Shown here: one piece after another, positions 16,054 to 24,393 of the stretch | How the letters are laid out: each line of letters starts with the position of its first letter | Position numbering within the stretch: the stretch's first letter is position 1 | Assembly (NCBI GenBank): GCA_964392195.1 | Contig: CAYMQR010000002.1 | Span: 1 to 36,052, forward strand | Direction: 5' to 3' | DNA: 36,052 bases | Origin: an uncultured bacterium | Lineage (GTDB): Bacteria; JADJOY01 | Position numbers and translations under genes: made by a program | Notes under the pieces: generated by a model | What the model was told of the DNA's origin: nothing | The model's input: only the letters and a program-made list of their open reading frames with translations | Database searches by the model: none

Positions 16054-16088
16054 CCGGATCGCGGTGCGCCCGGCGTCATGGCGCGTCC

Positions 16089-17312
16089 TCACAGGAAGAA
16101 CGCGCGCATGCCGAGGAACACCGCGTTCGTGCTGTAGTTGTCGATCTCGAACCGGGTGCGGTAGCCGAGGTTGAGCACGAAGCTGCGCGTCACGGCGTAG
16201 TCGCCGGAGACGAGCAGCGTGGTGAACGAGCCGACGTCCTCGAGGTCGCTGGTGTCGCCCGGCTTGAGCGCCGTGGTGCGGTAGGCCTGGAGGTTGAACG
16301 CGAACGACTCGAACAACGGCACGCCTACGCCGCCGCCGTACGCCACCGAAACCACGTAGTCGGTCTTGCCGTCCGGCCGATCGATGTCGCTCAGCACTCC
16401 CTGCCCCACCACGCCGAGCGACAGGATCGCGGGGCCGAGAACGAAGTGAGCCCCGCTCAACAGCCCGCCGCCGTAGAGGAAGGCATCGTCGGGCGTCGAG
16501 TCGACCCAGTCGACGTTGCCGTAGAGGCCGATCAGGAAGTAGTCGCCGAGGTCCCAACGCCAACCGAGCTTGCCGCGCGCGGTGTTCTCGCAGGTCACGT
16601 CGTCGCCGTCGATCCGCGAGTAGGCGCCGTCGGCGAAGAAGGTGCTGCCGTCGCTGGTGCTCGAGTAGCCGAGCGAGATCTGGTAGGTGCTGCCGTCGAT
16701 CGGGTCGGCCTCCCAGAAGTCGGCGGTCACGTTGGCGTCGACGGCGCTGAACCTGAGCACGGTCTTCTCGCCGCTCACCGCGGCGCCCGGCGGCGCCTCC
16801 TCGGCGGGTGCGCCGGCGCCCGTGGCACCCGACTCTGCGCCGGCCCCGCCAGCCGCGGCGTTCGCCGTCGAGGTGGCCGCGCCGCCGGCCTGCGGCAGCA
16901 GCGACTCCGGCACGGCGCGCACGACCACGTGATCGCTGAACACCGAGACCACGTTCTCCTGCGCGACGTCACCCGTGCTGCCCGCCCCGGCGACACCGGT
17001 GCCGGCGCCGCCGCCGAGGCACACCCCGCCGACCGCGTCCACCGCGAGCGGGTAGCAGTCGCCGCGCGTGCCGCAGCCCGCGAATTCGCCGAGGCCCGTG
17101 CCGCGATCGGTGATGTAGCCGGCCGCCGCGGACGCGCACGACGATTGGAAGTCGTAGTACTCGAAGCACTCCTGGAGCTGCGCCGTCGTGGGGTCCGGGA
17201 TGGTGCAGCCGATCGGCACTTGCGCGTGCGCAGAGCCCCACAACAGCGCGGTCGAGGCGACCGCGCAAGCGCACGTCCACAACCGTCGAAGCCACGTCTT
17301 CGATCGCTTCAT
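16089..17312 (-). CDS. outer-membrane beta-barrel protein with a Cys-rich N-terminal module and an Ala/Gly-rich linker
   Basis: ATG 17312 is preceded by GGGAGGAG. Signal peptide is MKRSKTWLRRLWTCACAVASTALLWGSAHA. About 70 aa carry 6 Cys, followed by low-complexity AGGA. The C-terminal ~230 aa has alternating hydrophobic/aromatic strands ending ...NAVFLGMRAFFL. The extra 162 aa in ORF 16089..17798 is discarded. Confidence 0.7.
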   Translation of the reverse strand: MKRSKTWLRRLWTCACAVASTALLWGSAHAQVPIGCTIPDPTTAQLQECFEYYDFQSSCASAAAGYITDRGTGLGEFAGCGTRGDCYPLAVDAVGGVCLGGGAGTGVAGAGSTGDVAQENVVSVFSDHVVVRAVPESLLPQAGGAATSTANAAAGGAGAESGATGAGAPAEEAPPGAAVSGEKTVLRFSAVDANVTADFWEADPIDGSTYQISLGYSSTSDGSTFFADGAYSRIDGDDVTCENTARGKLGWRWDLGDYFLIGLYGNVDWVDSTPDDAFLYGGGLLSGAHFVLGPAILSLGVVGQGVLSDIDRPDGKTDYVVSVAYGGGVGVPLFESFAFNLQAYRTTALKPGDTSDLEDVGSFTTLLVSGDYAVTRSFVLNLGYRTRFEIDNYSTNAVFLGMRAFFL

Positions 17313-17705
17313 GGGAGCTCCTCCCGCGGCGGCGCGCTCGTGCGCGCTCGCCTCGCGAAATCGAGAGATCGAGACCGCCGCCGGGCCGCCAGGTCGCGCT
17401 CTCGGGAGGCGGTGTGCCGGGCTCCCGCGTGGACCGGTAGCGCCAGAAATCCGCTCCGTGATCGAGCAAGGCACGTGCCGCGCGCCACCACGGCGCCGAG
17501 GGCGGCGCGTGGGCGCCCGGCGCCTCGGGCACGGTAGGGCGCCGTGGTGCTTTGTCTCGATGCGCGGACGTTCGTGGGGGAGCGAGCCCGCCGCGGCCGC
17601 CACGCGCACTACGGAACGGAACCCACCAGCGCCGTCGTCGTTACCGGACCGCCACCGCATGCGGCCACGAGGCCATGCGAAACACGCTGGTTCCGAATCG
17701 GACCG

Positions 17706-17721
17706 TGGCCGGGCACTTGCA
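17706..17721 (+). promoter_or_regulatory. sigma-54-like promoter upstream of the metallophosphoesterase lipoprotein gene
   Basis: TGGCCgggcacTTGCA has correct GG-N10-GC spacing and a TTGCA -12 box, but the -24 hexamer is imperfect. It sits about 56 nt upstream of ATG 17777. Confidence 0.35.
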
Positions 17722-17776
17722 ACTACACGAACCTCGCTGGCGTCGGAGTGAATCACGCATCCGGGAGGGCTCGGCC

Positions 17777-19057
17777 ATGACAGGATCCGCTCGACCACGT
17801 ACGGCGTTCGCGGCTTTCGTGATCTTGCTCACGGGACTGGTCCCCGCCTGCGGCGGTGGTGGAGGAGGAGGCGAGCCGACCGCCGATCCGCCGGAGCGAC
17901 CGAGCGAGCTAGTCGCGCGCAACGACCTCGGAGTTTCCCCTGCCCCGGGTGCCGGCGGAGCCGCGGGCCTCCTGCTCCGCTTCGTCCAGCTCACCGACCT
18001 CCACGTCATCGACGAGGACTTCCGCTTCTTCTCCGAGGACCTCGAGGACCTGATCGACGACTTCGGTGACGCGATCGGCTTCGGCGGCTACCAGCGCTCC
18101 GCCGACCAGGAGACCCGCGACGAGGACGTGGTGAGGGCGTTCGTCGCCACGATCAACGCGATGAGCCCACCGCCGGGCTACGTGATGTGCACCGGCGACA
18201 GCGCGGACTCGGGGATCGTCGGCGAGGCCGAGACCGCGCGCGACCTGCTCGACGAGCTCCGCGTGCCGTGGCTCCAGACGGTCGGCAACCACGATGACAT
18301 GGCGCTCGGAGTGATCCCGCCCGAGGTCGCCGACGACGTGGTGGACGGCGACTTCATGCAGATGGACGACTTCGTCGCGGTCACCTTCGGGGGCCGCCAC
18401 GAGCCGAGCGAGCGGCTGGCACGGGGCCACGGGTTCGCCCTCAATCCGCGCTACGACGGCACGGATCCGCGCACCAGTCGTGCCTACTACGCCTTCGACG
18501 CGGCCCCGCCGCTGGACGGCAACCCGGGCATCCGCTTCATCGTCCTCGAGACCACCGAGGAGGACGGCGGCGCCAACGGCTCGATCGGCGACGAGCAGCT
18601 CCGCTGGCTCGGCGACGAGCTCGACGCGCACGCCGACCAGCTCGCGGTGGTGTTCAGCCACGACCGGCTCGCCGACATCGACAATCCGCTCGGCCCCCGC
18701 GACGGCCACGACGTCGCCCGGGTCCTCGACCGCCACCCGCAGGTCATCGCCCACGTCTCGGGACACACCCACATCCACTCGGTGAGCGCCCACGCTGGCG
18801 CCGCTCCGGGGCAGGGATTCTGGGAAGTCCAGGGCTCGTCGCTCATCGACCAGCCCCAGAACGGGCGGGTTTTCGAGATCTCGAGCAACGGCGACGGCAC
18901 AGGCACGATCGTCAGCTACGTGTTCGAGCAGCGCGCCCGGGGCGCTCTCGGCGAGAGCGCGCGGATCTCCGCCGCGGCCGCGGCGCAGGACCCGTTCGAC
19001 GGCTCGGGCGAGCCCGACGACCGGAACGTCGCGCTCACGTTCGCCTTCCCGGGCTGA
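17777..19057 (+). CDS. secreted metallophosphoesterase lipoprotein (calcineurin-like)
   Basis: ATG 17777 is preceded by GGGAGGG. The lipobox is LLTGLVPACGGGGGGG. Motifs are QLTDLHVID, TGDSADSG, GNHD, VFSHD and SGHTHIH. Confidence 0.85.
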   Translation: MTGSARPRTAFAAFVILLTGLVPACGGGGGGGEPTADPPERPSELVARNDLGVSPAPGAGGAAGLLLRFVQLTDLHVIDEDFRFFSEDLEDLIDDFGDAIGFGGYQRSADQETRDEDVVRAFVATINAMSPPPGYVMCTGDSADSGIVGEAETARDLLDELRVPWLQTVGNHDDMALGVIPPEVADDVVDGDFMQMDDFVAVTFGGRHEPSERLARGHGFALNPRYDGTDPRTSRAYYAFDAAPPLDGNPGIRFIVLETTEEDGGANGSIGDEQLRWLGDELDAHADQLAVVFSHDRLADIDNPLGPRDGHDVARVLDRHPQVIAHVSGHTHIHSVSAHAGAAPGQGFWEVQGSSLIDQPQNGRVFEISSNGDGTGTIVSYVFEQRARGALGESARISAAAAAQDPFDGSGEPDDRNVALTFAFPG

Positions 19058-19135
19058 ACGCCCGGCGCGACCGCACCAGCAGCGAAGCAAGCGACCTGGG
19101 GGCGGGGCCTGGGCCGGATCCGCGGCGAGGGACCA

Positions 19136-19227
19136 GGGGCCAACGGCCCCGTGCGGCTCCAACGGACGGGGCGGGGTCTTGGAAAGACCCCGAGAAAGCC
19201 AGTGGCGGGGGTCTGGAACAGACCCCC
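19136..19227. terminator. three consecutive GC hairpins between convergent genes (candidate bidirectional terminators; the latter two belong to the dispersed G-rich hairpin family)
   Basis: GGGGCC-aac-GGCCCC (19136-19150). GGGGTCT-tggaa-AGACCCC (19163-19181), followed by GAGAAA. GGGGGTCTG-gaa-CAGACCCCC (19207-19227), followed by GTTT. Confidence 0.5.
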
Positions 19228-19229
19228 GT

Positions 19230-21785
19230 TTACAACCCCGGCGGGTCGAAGCGGCCGTTGCCGTCGACGTCCACCCACACCGGGTTGGTGAACGCGGCGG
19301 GGTGTTCGTCCTGCGCCGGGGCGGCGACGGTGTCGCCGAGCGCGGTCGCGACGAGCCAGGTGTCTTCGCTGACCCGCACCGTGACGGTGGTGTCGAGGCG
19401 GGTGACCGACGTGGAGGGCGGCACGGGAAGGTGGGCGAGCGGCAGCCCGTTGCCGATCACCTCGACGAAGTCGACGTCGATCCACGGCGCCGCCTGGACG
19501 CGCACGTGGACGTCGACCAGCCCGTCGGTGTCGGTGAGCGAGTCGCCGATCTGCGCCCGCCCGTCGACCTCCATGGTCAGGAACGGGCCCGAGGTCCACG
19601 TGCTGCGGTGCGCCCGCAGCGCGTCGACGAGCGCCTTCGGCGACACGCTGCGCGGATCGTCGGTACCGGCGTGGACGTAGTTGCGGAGCTGGCCGACCTC
19701 GCTCCCCTTGAGCCGGTGGGTGTCCGAGTTGCCGGTGGCGGTGAACGTGTAGCCCTGGTTCAGGAGGCTGTACCAGTCGAACAGCAGGTCCTGGGTCAGG
19801 TTCACCTCCAACGCGTCGAAGTTCGTGTAGAAGGGCCGCTCGGTCTTGCCGGTGGTGCGGTCGTAGCCGACGTAGTCGAGCTGGCCGAGCAGCCCCGAGC
19901 GGCCGTGGTTGAGCTGGGTCAGCGGGTGCGCCGGGTCGCGCTTGGCGGCCTCGTAGATCTCGCCCGCGGTGAGGTCGTTCCAGTCGAGCGCGCCGCCGTC
20001 GGGGATGTTCGCGTCGGGCGTGAGCGGGAACGCGTTGAAGTGCCCCATGGTCAGCGTCGAGATCTCGTTCCCGGGCATGGAGTGGAAGACCGGGCTCAGG
20101 CCGAGCTCCGCGACCAGCGGCTCGAGGTCGGTCACGAAGTCGTGGTCGGTGCTCGCGACGTACTCGAGGCCCATCGCGACGTTGCTGATCACGCGGTCGC
20201 GGCGCCCCACCGGCGAGTCGTCCGAGTTGGTGCAGTGCTGGTGGAAGTCGGCGGCGAGCCAGCCGCGGGTGTCGACCACACGCTCGAGCGCCGCGGTGAG
20301 CGGCACGGTGCCGCCTGCGGGCACCTCGAGTCGATCGGTCACGCTCAGCGTGTATTCGGGGCCGCGCGTGACCGTCACGCGGTAGGTGCCGGCGGGCACC
20401 GCGACCTCGCCGCCGCCGGTCGCGGTGTAGACGTAGTTGCCGCTCGCCTCGGCGGTGTTGCGCGGGCCGAGGTCGGGGTCGAGCCGGGAGTCGAGGGCGC
20501 CGTCCGTGCCGTAGGCCTGGAAGATGAGCTTGCCCGGCGACGACACGCCGCCCGCGGTGAGCTGGTACGCGACCGAGCCGGTGGTGCCGAGGGTGAGGTC
20601 GCGGGTGGCGGCGGCGCCCGCGCTCACCTCGACGCTCGCGAAGGGGGACGGGTGGCGGCCGAAGGAGCGCGCCACCATCGAGTAGGTGGCGGGCGGCAGC
20701 TCGGTGGCGAAGCGGCCGTCGGCCGCGAGCGCGACGCGCCCCTGGTACGAGCTGTCCGCGCCGTAGAGGTCGATCCAGCTCCCCGCGATCGGCGCGCTGC
20801 CGTCGGCGTTGGTGACGCGCCCCTCGAGGTGGCCGGTCGCGGCGCCGCGCAGCGCCAGCACCTGCGCGGAGGCGCTCACGCTGTCACCGTGGCCCACCGT
20901 GACCCAGCGCTCGTAGCTCGCGCTCGCGCCCGGGTCGATCGAGAGCCCCTTGAGGCCGTTGGTGAGCGCGCCCGTCTGGGAGGCGTCGACGATCGGCAGG
21001 ATCAGCTTCCCGCCCGCCGTGCCGTAGCCGTAGCTGGTGCCCTCGCCGATTCCCACCAGGTGATCGACGGTGGCGAGGGTGGGAAAGTCGTCGAGCGGAT
21101 AGCCGGGTCCGAACACCTGCAGGTCGGACCCGAACAGGATCACGTCGCCGACGATCACGGTGCGGCGCTTCGAGCCGCGGTTGGTGAGCGTGGTGCGGAT
21201 CGTGACGTGGGCGTCCCCGGGTGCCAGGACGTAGTCGGTGGTGAACGCCAGGTCGAGCGGCGTGTCGGGCAACGAGATGTCGCCGAGCGTCTGGAGGAAG
21301 CTGAACGAGCCGTCGTGGCCGGTGACGCGCAGCACCGCCGGCTCGCCGTCCGCGCCTTCGGCGACGACCTCGACGCGCTCGGCCTCCGCCCCACGGGGCA
21401 GGAACACCGGGAAGGTCTGGGTGATGCGGTCGTTGCCGGGCTCGCCCTCGGCCCGCACCAGGTCCGCGTCGAGGATGCCGCCGCCGAAGGCGCCCATGAA
21501 CCCGATCGAAAGCCCCGCGTCCTCGACGATCACGCGGATCCGGTCGTTGCGGATCATCCAGTCGCCGATGCCGGCGATCGCGGCCGGCCCGCCGATCAGC
21601 TCCGCGGGATCGGTGATGCGGTACGCCGTGGCGCGCGCGCTCGTGGTGGGCGGGCTCGCCGATCCCGAGCCGCCGCTGCAGCTCGCGGTACCGAGCGCGA
21701 CGAGCGCCGCGAGCGCGGCCACCAGCCGCCTCGCCACCGGCCCGCGCGCAGCGCGCCTCGCCGCTGTTGGTGAAGCTTCACTCAT
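19230..21785 (-). CDS. CehA/McbA-type (PHP-like) metallohydrolase lipoprotein with carboxypeptidase-regulatory-like beta domains
   Basis: The lipobox is LVALGTASCSGG. Motifs are ADFHQHCTNSDDSP, ASTDHD and GNSDTHR. A CarboxypepD_reg-like segment reads GHLEGRVTNADGSAPIAGSWIDLYG. Start ATG 21785 (MSEASP...) is preferred, with 21809 as an alternative. The stop is TAA at 19230. Confidence 0.75.
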   Translation of the reverse strand: MSEASPTAARRAARGPVARRLVAALAALVALGTASCSGGSGSASPPTTSARATAYRITDPAELIGGPAAIAGIGDWMIRNDRIRVIVEDAGLSIGFMGAFGGGILDADLVRAEGEPGNDRITQTFPVFLPRGAEAERVEVVAEGADGEPAVLRVTGHDGSFSFLQTLGDISLPDTPLDLAFTTDYVLAPGDAHVTIRTTLTNRGSKRRTVIVGDVILFGSDLQVFGPGYPLDDFPTLATVDHLVGIGEGTSYGYGTAGGKLILPIVDASQTGALTNGLKGLSIDPGASASYERWVTVGHGDSVSASAQVLALRGAATGHLEGRVTNADGSAPIAGSWIDLYGADSSYQGRVALAADGRFATELPPATYSMVARSFGRHPSPFASVEVSAGAAATRDLTLGTTGSVAYQLTAGGVSSPGKLIFQAYGTDGALDSRLDPDLGPRNTAEASGNYVYTATGGGEVAVPAGTYRVTVTRGPEYTLSVTDRLEVPAGGTVPLTAALERVVDTRGWLAADFHQHCTNSDDSPVGRRDRVISNVAMGLEYVASTDHDFVTDLEPLVAELGLSPVFHSMPGNEISTLTMGHFNAFPLTPDANIPDGGALDWNDLTAGEIYEAAKRDPAHPLTQLNHGRSGLLGQLDYVGYDRTTGKTERPFYTNFDALEVNLTQDLLFDWYSLLNQGYTFTATGNSDTHRLKGSEVGQLRNYVHAGTDDPRSVSPKALVDALRAHRSTWTSGPFLTMEVDGRAQIGDSLTDTDGLVDVHVRVQAAPWIDVDFVEVIGNGLPLAHLPVPPSTSVTRLDTTVTVRVSEDTWLVATALGDTVAAPAQDEHPAAFTNPVWVDVDGNGRFDPPGL

Positions 21786-21879
21786 CGGCCACGGGATGGT
21801 CACACACAAGCCGCGCGAACTTCAATCGAGCCCCTCGGGAAGCTGGTAGAACCGGGTCGACCGCACGCCGAGGATCCCG

Positions 21880-24288
21880 ATGCCACCCAGCGCACGCTCG
21901 ATCGCCACTTCCCTCGCGCTCGCCGCCGTGTTCGCGCACACCGGCTGCTCCGGCGGCTCCGACGGCGGCGGAGGAGGAGGCCGCGGCGGCCTCACGATCC
22001 GCGACGAGGCGCTGCTGCCGGTGGGGGCGGCGGGCGCCGGGAGCTGGATCCTGCCAAACGGCCGCCGCATCGAGCCGGCGGGCACCATGGTGCACGTCGA
22101 CTCGCTGCCCCTCGGCGTGGTGCTGAGCGGCGACGGCCAGACACTGTTCGTGACCTCGAACGGCTCGGACGGTCGGCTCGCGGTGAGCGCGATCGACACT
22201 GTCGGCGGCACGGTGGTGTCCTCCCTCGAGCAGCGCGAGGGCCTCTACCTCGGCCTGGCGCTGGCGCCCGACGGCCGCACGCTCTACGCGGGCGGTGGCG
22301 GCGCCGAGCGCATCGTGGTCCTCGGCTGGGACGGCGCGGCGCTCACCGAGCAGCGCGCGTTCGCGGCCGGCGAGTTCCCCGCCGGCCTCGCGCTGAGCGC
22401 CGACGGCCGCACGCTGTTCGCGCTCACCCAGTCGTCGAACGGACTCGCCAGCTACGACGCCGCGAGCGGCGAACGGCTCGGCACGGTGCCGACCGGCGGC
22501 AACCCGTACGCGGTGGCGCTCTCGCCCGACGGCGGCGAGGCCTACGTGTCGTCGGAGAAGAGCGAGACGGTGGGCGTGTTCGACGTCCGCGATGCGGCTG
22601 CCATGCGCCAGGTCGCGACGATCCCGGTGCAGAAGAACCCGGAGGCGCTGGCGCTGTCCCGCGACGGCGCGCGGCTCTACGTGGCGAACGCCGACGAGGA
22701 CTCGATCTCGATCGTCGACGTCCGCAGGCGCAGGGTGGCGAGCACCCTCGACCTGCGCAGCATCAACGCGCAGGGCTACGGCACCGGCCCCAACGCGCTG
22801 GCGCTGTCGCCGGACGGCCAGCGGCTCTACGTGGCGCAGGCCGCGGACAACCGCGTGGCGGTCGTGGACCTCGGCGCCAGCGCGGTGATCGGCGCGATCC
22901 CCACCGCGTGGTACCCGACCGCGCTCGCGCTCTCGCCCGACGGACGGCGCCTCCACGTGGCGTGCGCCAAGGGCATCGGCGCGGGGCCCAACGACGTCGA
23001 GGGCAACGACCTCGTCAACCGCTCCACGATCCAGATCGTCGACGTGCCGAGCGACGCCGAGCTGAGCGCGGCCGCGCTGCGCATCGACGAGATGAACTCG
23101 CGCGCCGCCCGCCTCTACGACGTGGACGAGAGCCGCTTCTCGAACCCGATCCCGCTCACCCGTGGCGGCCCCACGCCGATCGAGCACGTCTTCCTGGTGG
23201 TGCGCGAGAACAAGACCTACGACGCGCTGCTCGGCGACTTCGCGGGCGGCAACGGCAAGCCGGAGAATTGCCTCTACTGTGGCGATCCCACGCCCAACCT
23301 GCACGCGCTGGTCGAGCGCTTCGCGAGCGCCGACAACTACTACACCAACGCCGAGACCTCGGATCAGGGGCACCAGCTCCTGACCTCGTCACTCTCCAAC
23401 ACCTACGTGGAGAAGGTGCGCTTCGCCGAGGAGCGGCCGCTGCCGTTCGAGGCCGAGATCTACCTCAACCCGGCGGTATGGCCGAAGCGCCAGTACCTCT
23501 TCCAGGCGCTGCTCGCGAAGGAGATCCCGTTCCGCATCTACGGCGAGGCGGTGGGCACGTGGATCGGCAAGCTCATCTTCGACGCGCGCTACGTCCACTC
23601 GAGCCGGATCGACCCGCCGTTCTTCTGGCAGTACAGCCGCGACATCGACAAGATCGAGGAGCGGATCGTCGGGTGGGAGCGAGATGGCGTTCCGCCGTTC
23701 GTCTACATGCTGCTGCCCGACGACCACACCCTCGGCTGCGATCCGCCCTACCCCACGCCGCGCTCGATGGTCGCCGACAACGACCTCGCCACCGGGCGGT
23801 TCGTCGATTGGCTCACCCACAGCAAGTACTGGGACACCTCGGTGGCGTTCATCGTCGAGGACGACCCGCAGGCCGGCATCGACCACGTCGACGCGCACCG
23901 CTCGATCTTCGTCGCGGTGTCACCCTACGCCCGCCGAGCCCACGTCTCCGGCGTGATCGCCCACGAAGGCAGCCTGCTCGCGACGATCGAGCACCTGCTC
24001 GGGCTCGACCCGCTCACGATCTACGACGAGCTCGCGCAGCCGATGTGGGACCTGTTCACGAGCACGCCCGACCGCGAGCCGTTCGAGGCGCGCTCACGGC
24101 GAGTGCCGGAGGAGATGTCGATGCCGGGCACCAACTGCGGCTTCGCCACGCGCACCATGAACTTCCTCGACCCCGACCAGAACCCCGGGCTCGACGCCGT
24201 GCTGCGCGCCCACGAGCGCGAGGCCAAGGCCGCCGCGAACGAGCCGTCGCGGCGGTGGCAGGAGGTCGTGGACGAGAGCGGGCGGTAG
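21880..24288 (+). CDS. bifunctional lipoprotein: YncE/YVTN beta-propeller + AcpA/phospholipase-C-type phosphoesterase
   Basis: ATG 21880 is preceded by GAGGA. The lipobox is FAHTGCSGG. Repeated segments such as ALSPDGxxLYVA and ALAPDGRTLYAG mark propeller blades. The phosphoesterase family signature is VFLVVRENKTYDALLG, PNLHALVERFASADNYY and IVEDDPQAGIDHVDAHRS. Confidence 0.85.
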   Translation: MPPSARSIATSLALAAVFAHTGCSGGSDGGGGGGRGGLTIRDEALLPVGAAGAGSWILPNGRRIEPAGTMVHVDSLPLGVVLSGDGQTLFVTSNGSDGRLAVSAIDTVGGTVVSSLEQREGLYLGLALAPDGRTLYAGGGGAERIVVLGWDGAALTEQRAFAAGEFPAGLALSADGRTLFALTQSSNGLASYDAASGERLGTVPTGGNPYAVALSPDGGEAYVSSEKSETVGVFDVRDAAAMRQVATIPVQKNPEALALSRDGARLYVANADEDSISIVDVRRRRVASTLDLRSINAQGYGTGPNALALSPDGQRLYVAQAADNRVAVVDLGASAVIGAIPTAWYPTALALSPDGRRLHVACAKGIGAGPNDVEGNDLVNRSTIQIVDVPSDAELSAAALRIDEMNSRAARLYDVDESRFSNPIPLTRGGPTPIEHVFLVVRENKTYDALLGDFAGGNGKPENCLYCGDPTPNLHALVERFASADNYYTNAETSDQGHQLLTSSLSNTYVEKVRFAEERPLPFEAEIYLNPAVWPKRQYLFQALLAKEIPFRIYGEAVGTWIGKLIFDARYVHSSRIDPPFFWQYSRDIDKIEERIVGWERDGVPPFVYMLLPDDHTLGCDPPYPTPRSMVADNDLATGRFVDWLTHSKYWDTSVAFIVEDDPQAGIDHVDAHRSIFVAVSPYARRAHVSGVIAHEGSLLATIEHLLGLDPLTIYDELAQPMWDLFTSTPDREPFEARSRRVPEEMSMPGTNCGFATRTMNFLDPDQNPGLDAVLRAHEREAKAAANEPSRRWQEVVDESGR

Positions 24289-24393
24289 AGCCGGACGTAC
24301 AGCGAACCGCGGTAGCGCCGATGCCTGCGTCACCGCGAATCGGCGGGCGCCCGGCGCGCGCCCCTCCCGAACGGTGTGAAGGCGGCGCGCCGC

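Noticed and set aside
12044-16079. ORFs 12044..15529 + (1161 aa), 12786..14117 -, and 14679..16079 - (466 aa)
   Set aside because: They are shadow frames of the beta-helix lipoprotein and the two CsgG-like genes. Composition is extreme (R, G, A, D, H), with no domains.
19179-23373. ORFs 19179..21773 + (864 aa) and 21778..23373 - (531 aa)
   Set aside because: They are antisense to the CehA-type and YncE/phosphoesterase genes, which have clear catalytic motifs. The translations are repetitive V/R/G/A/D strings.
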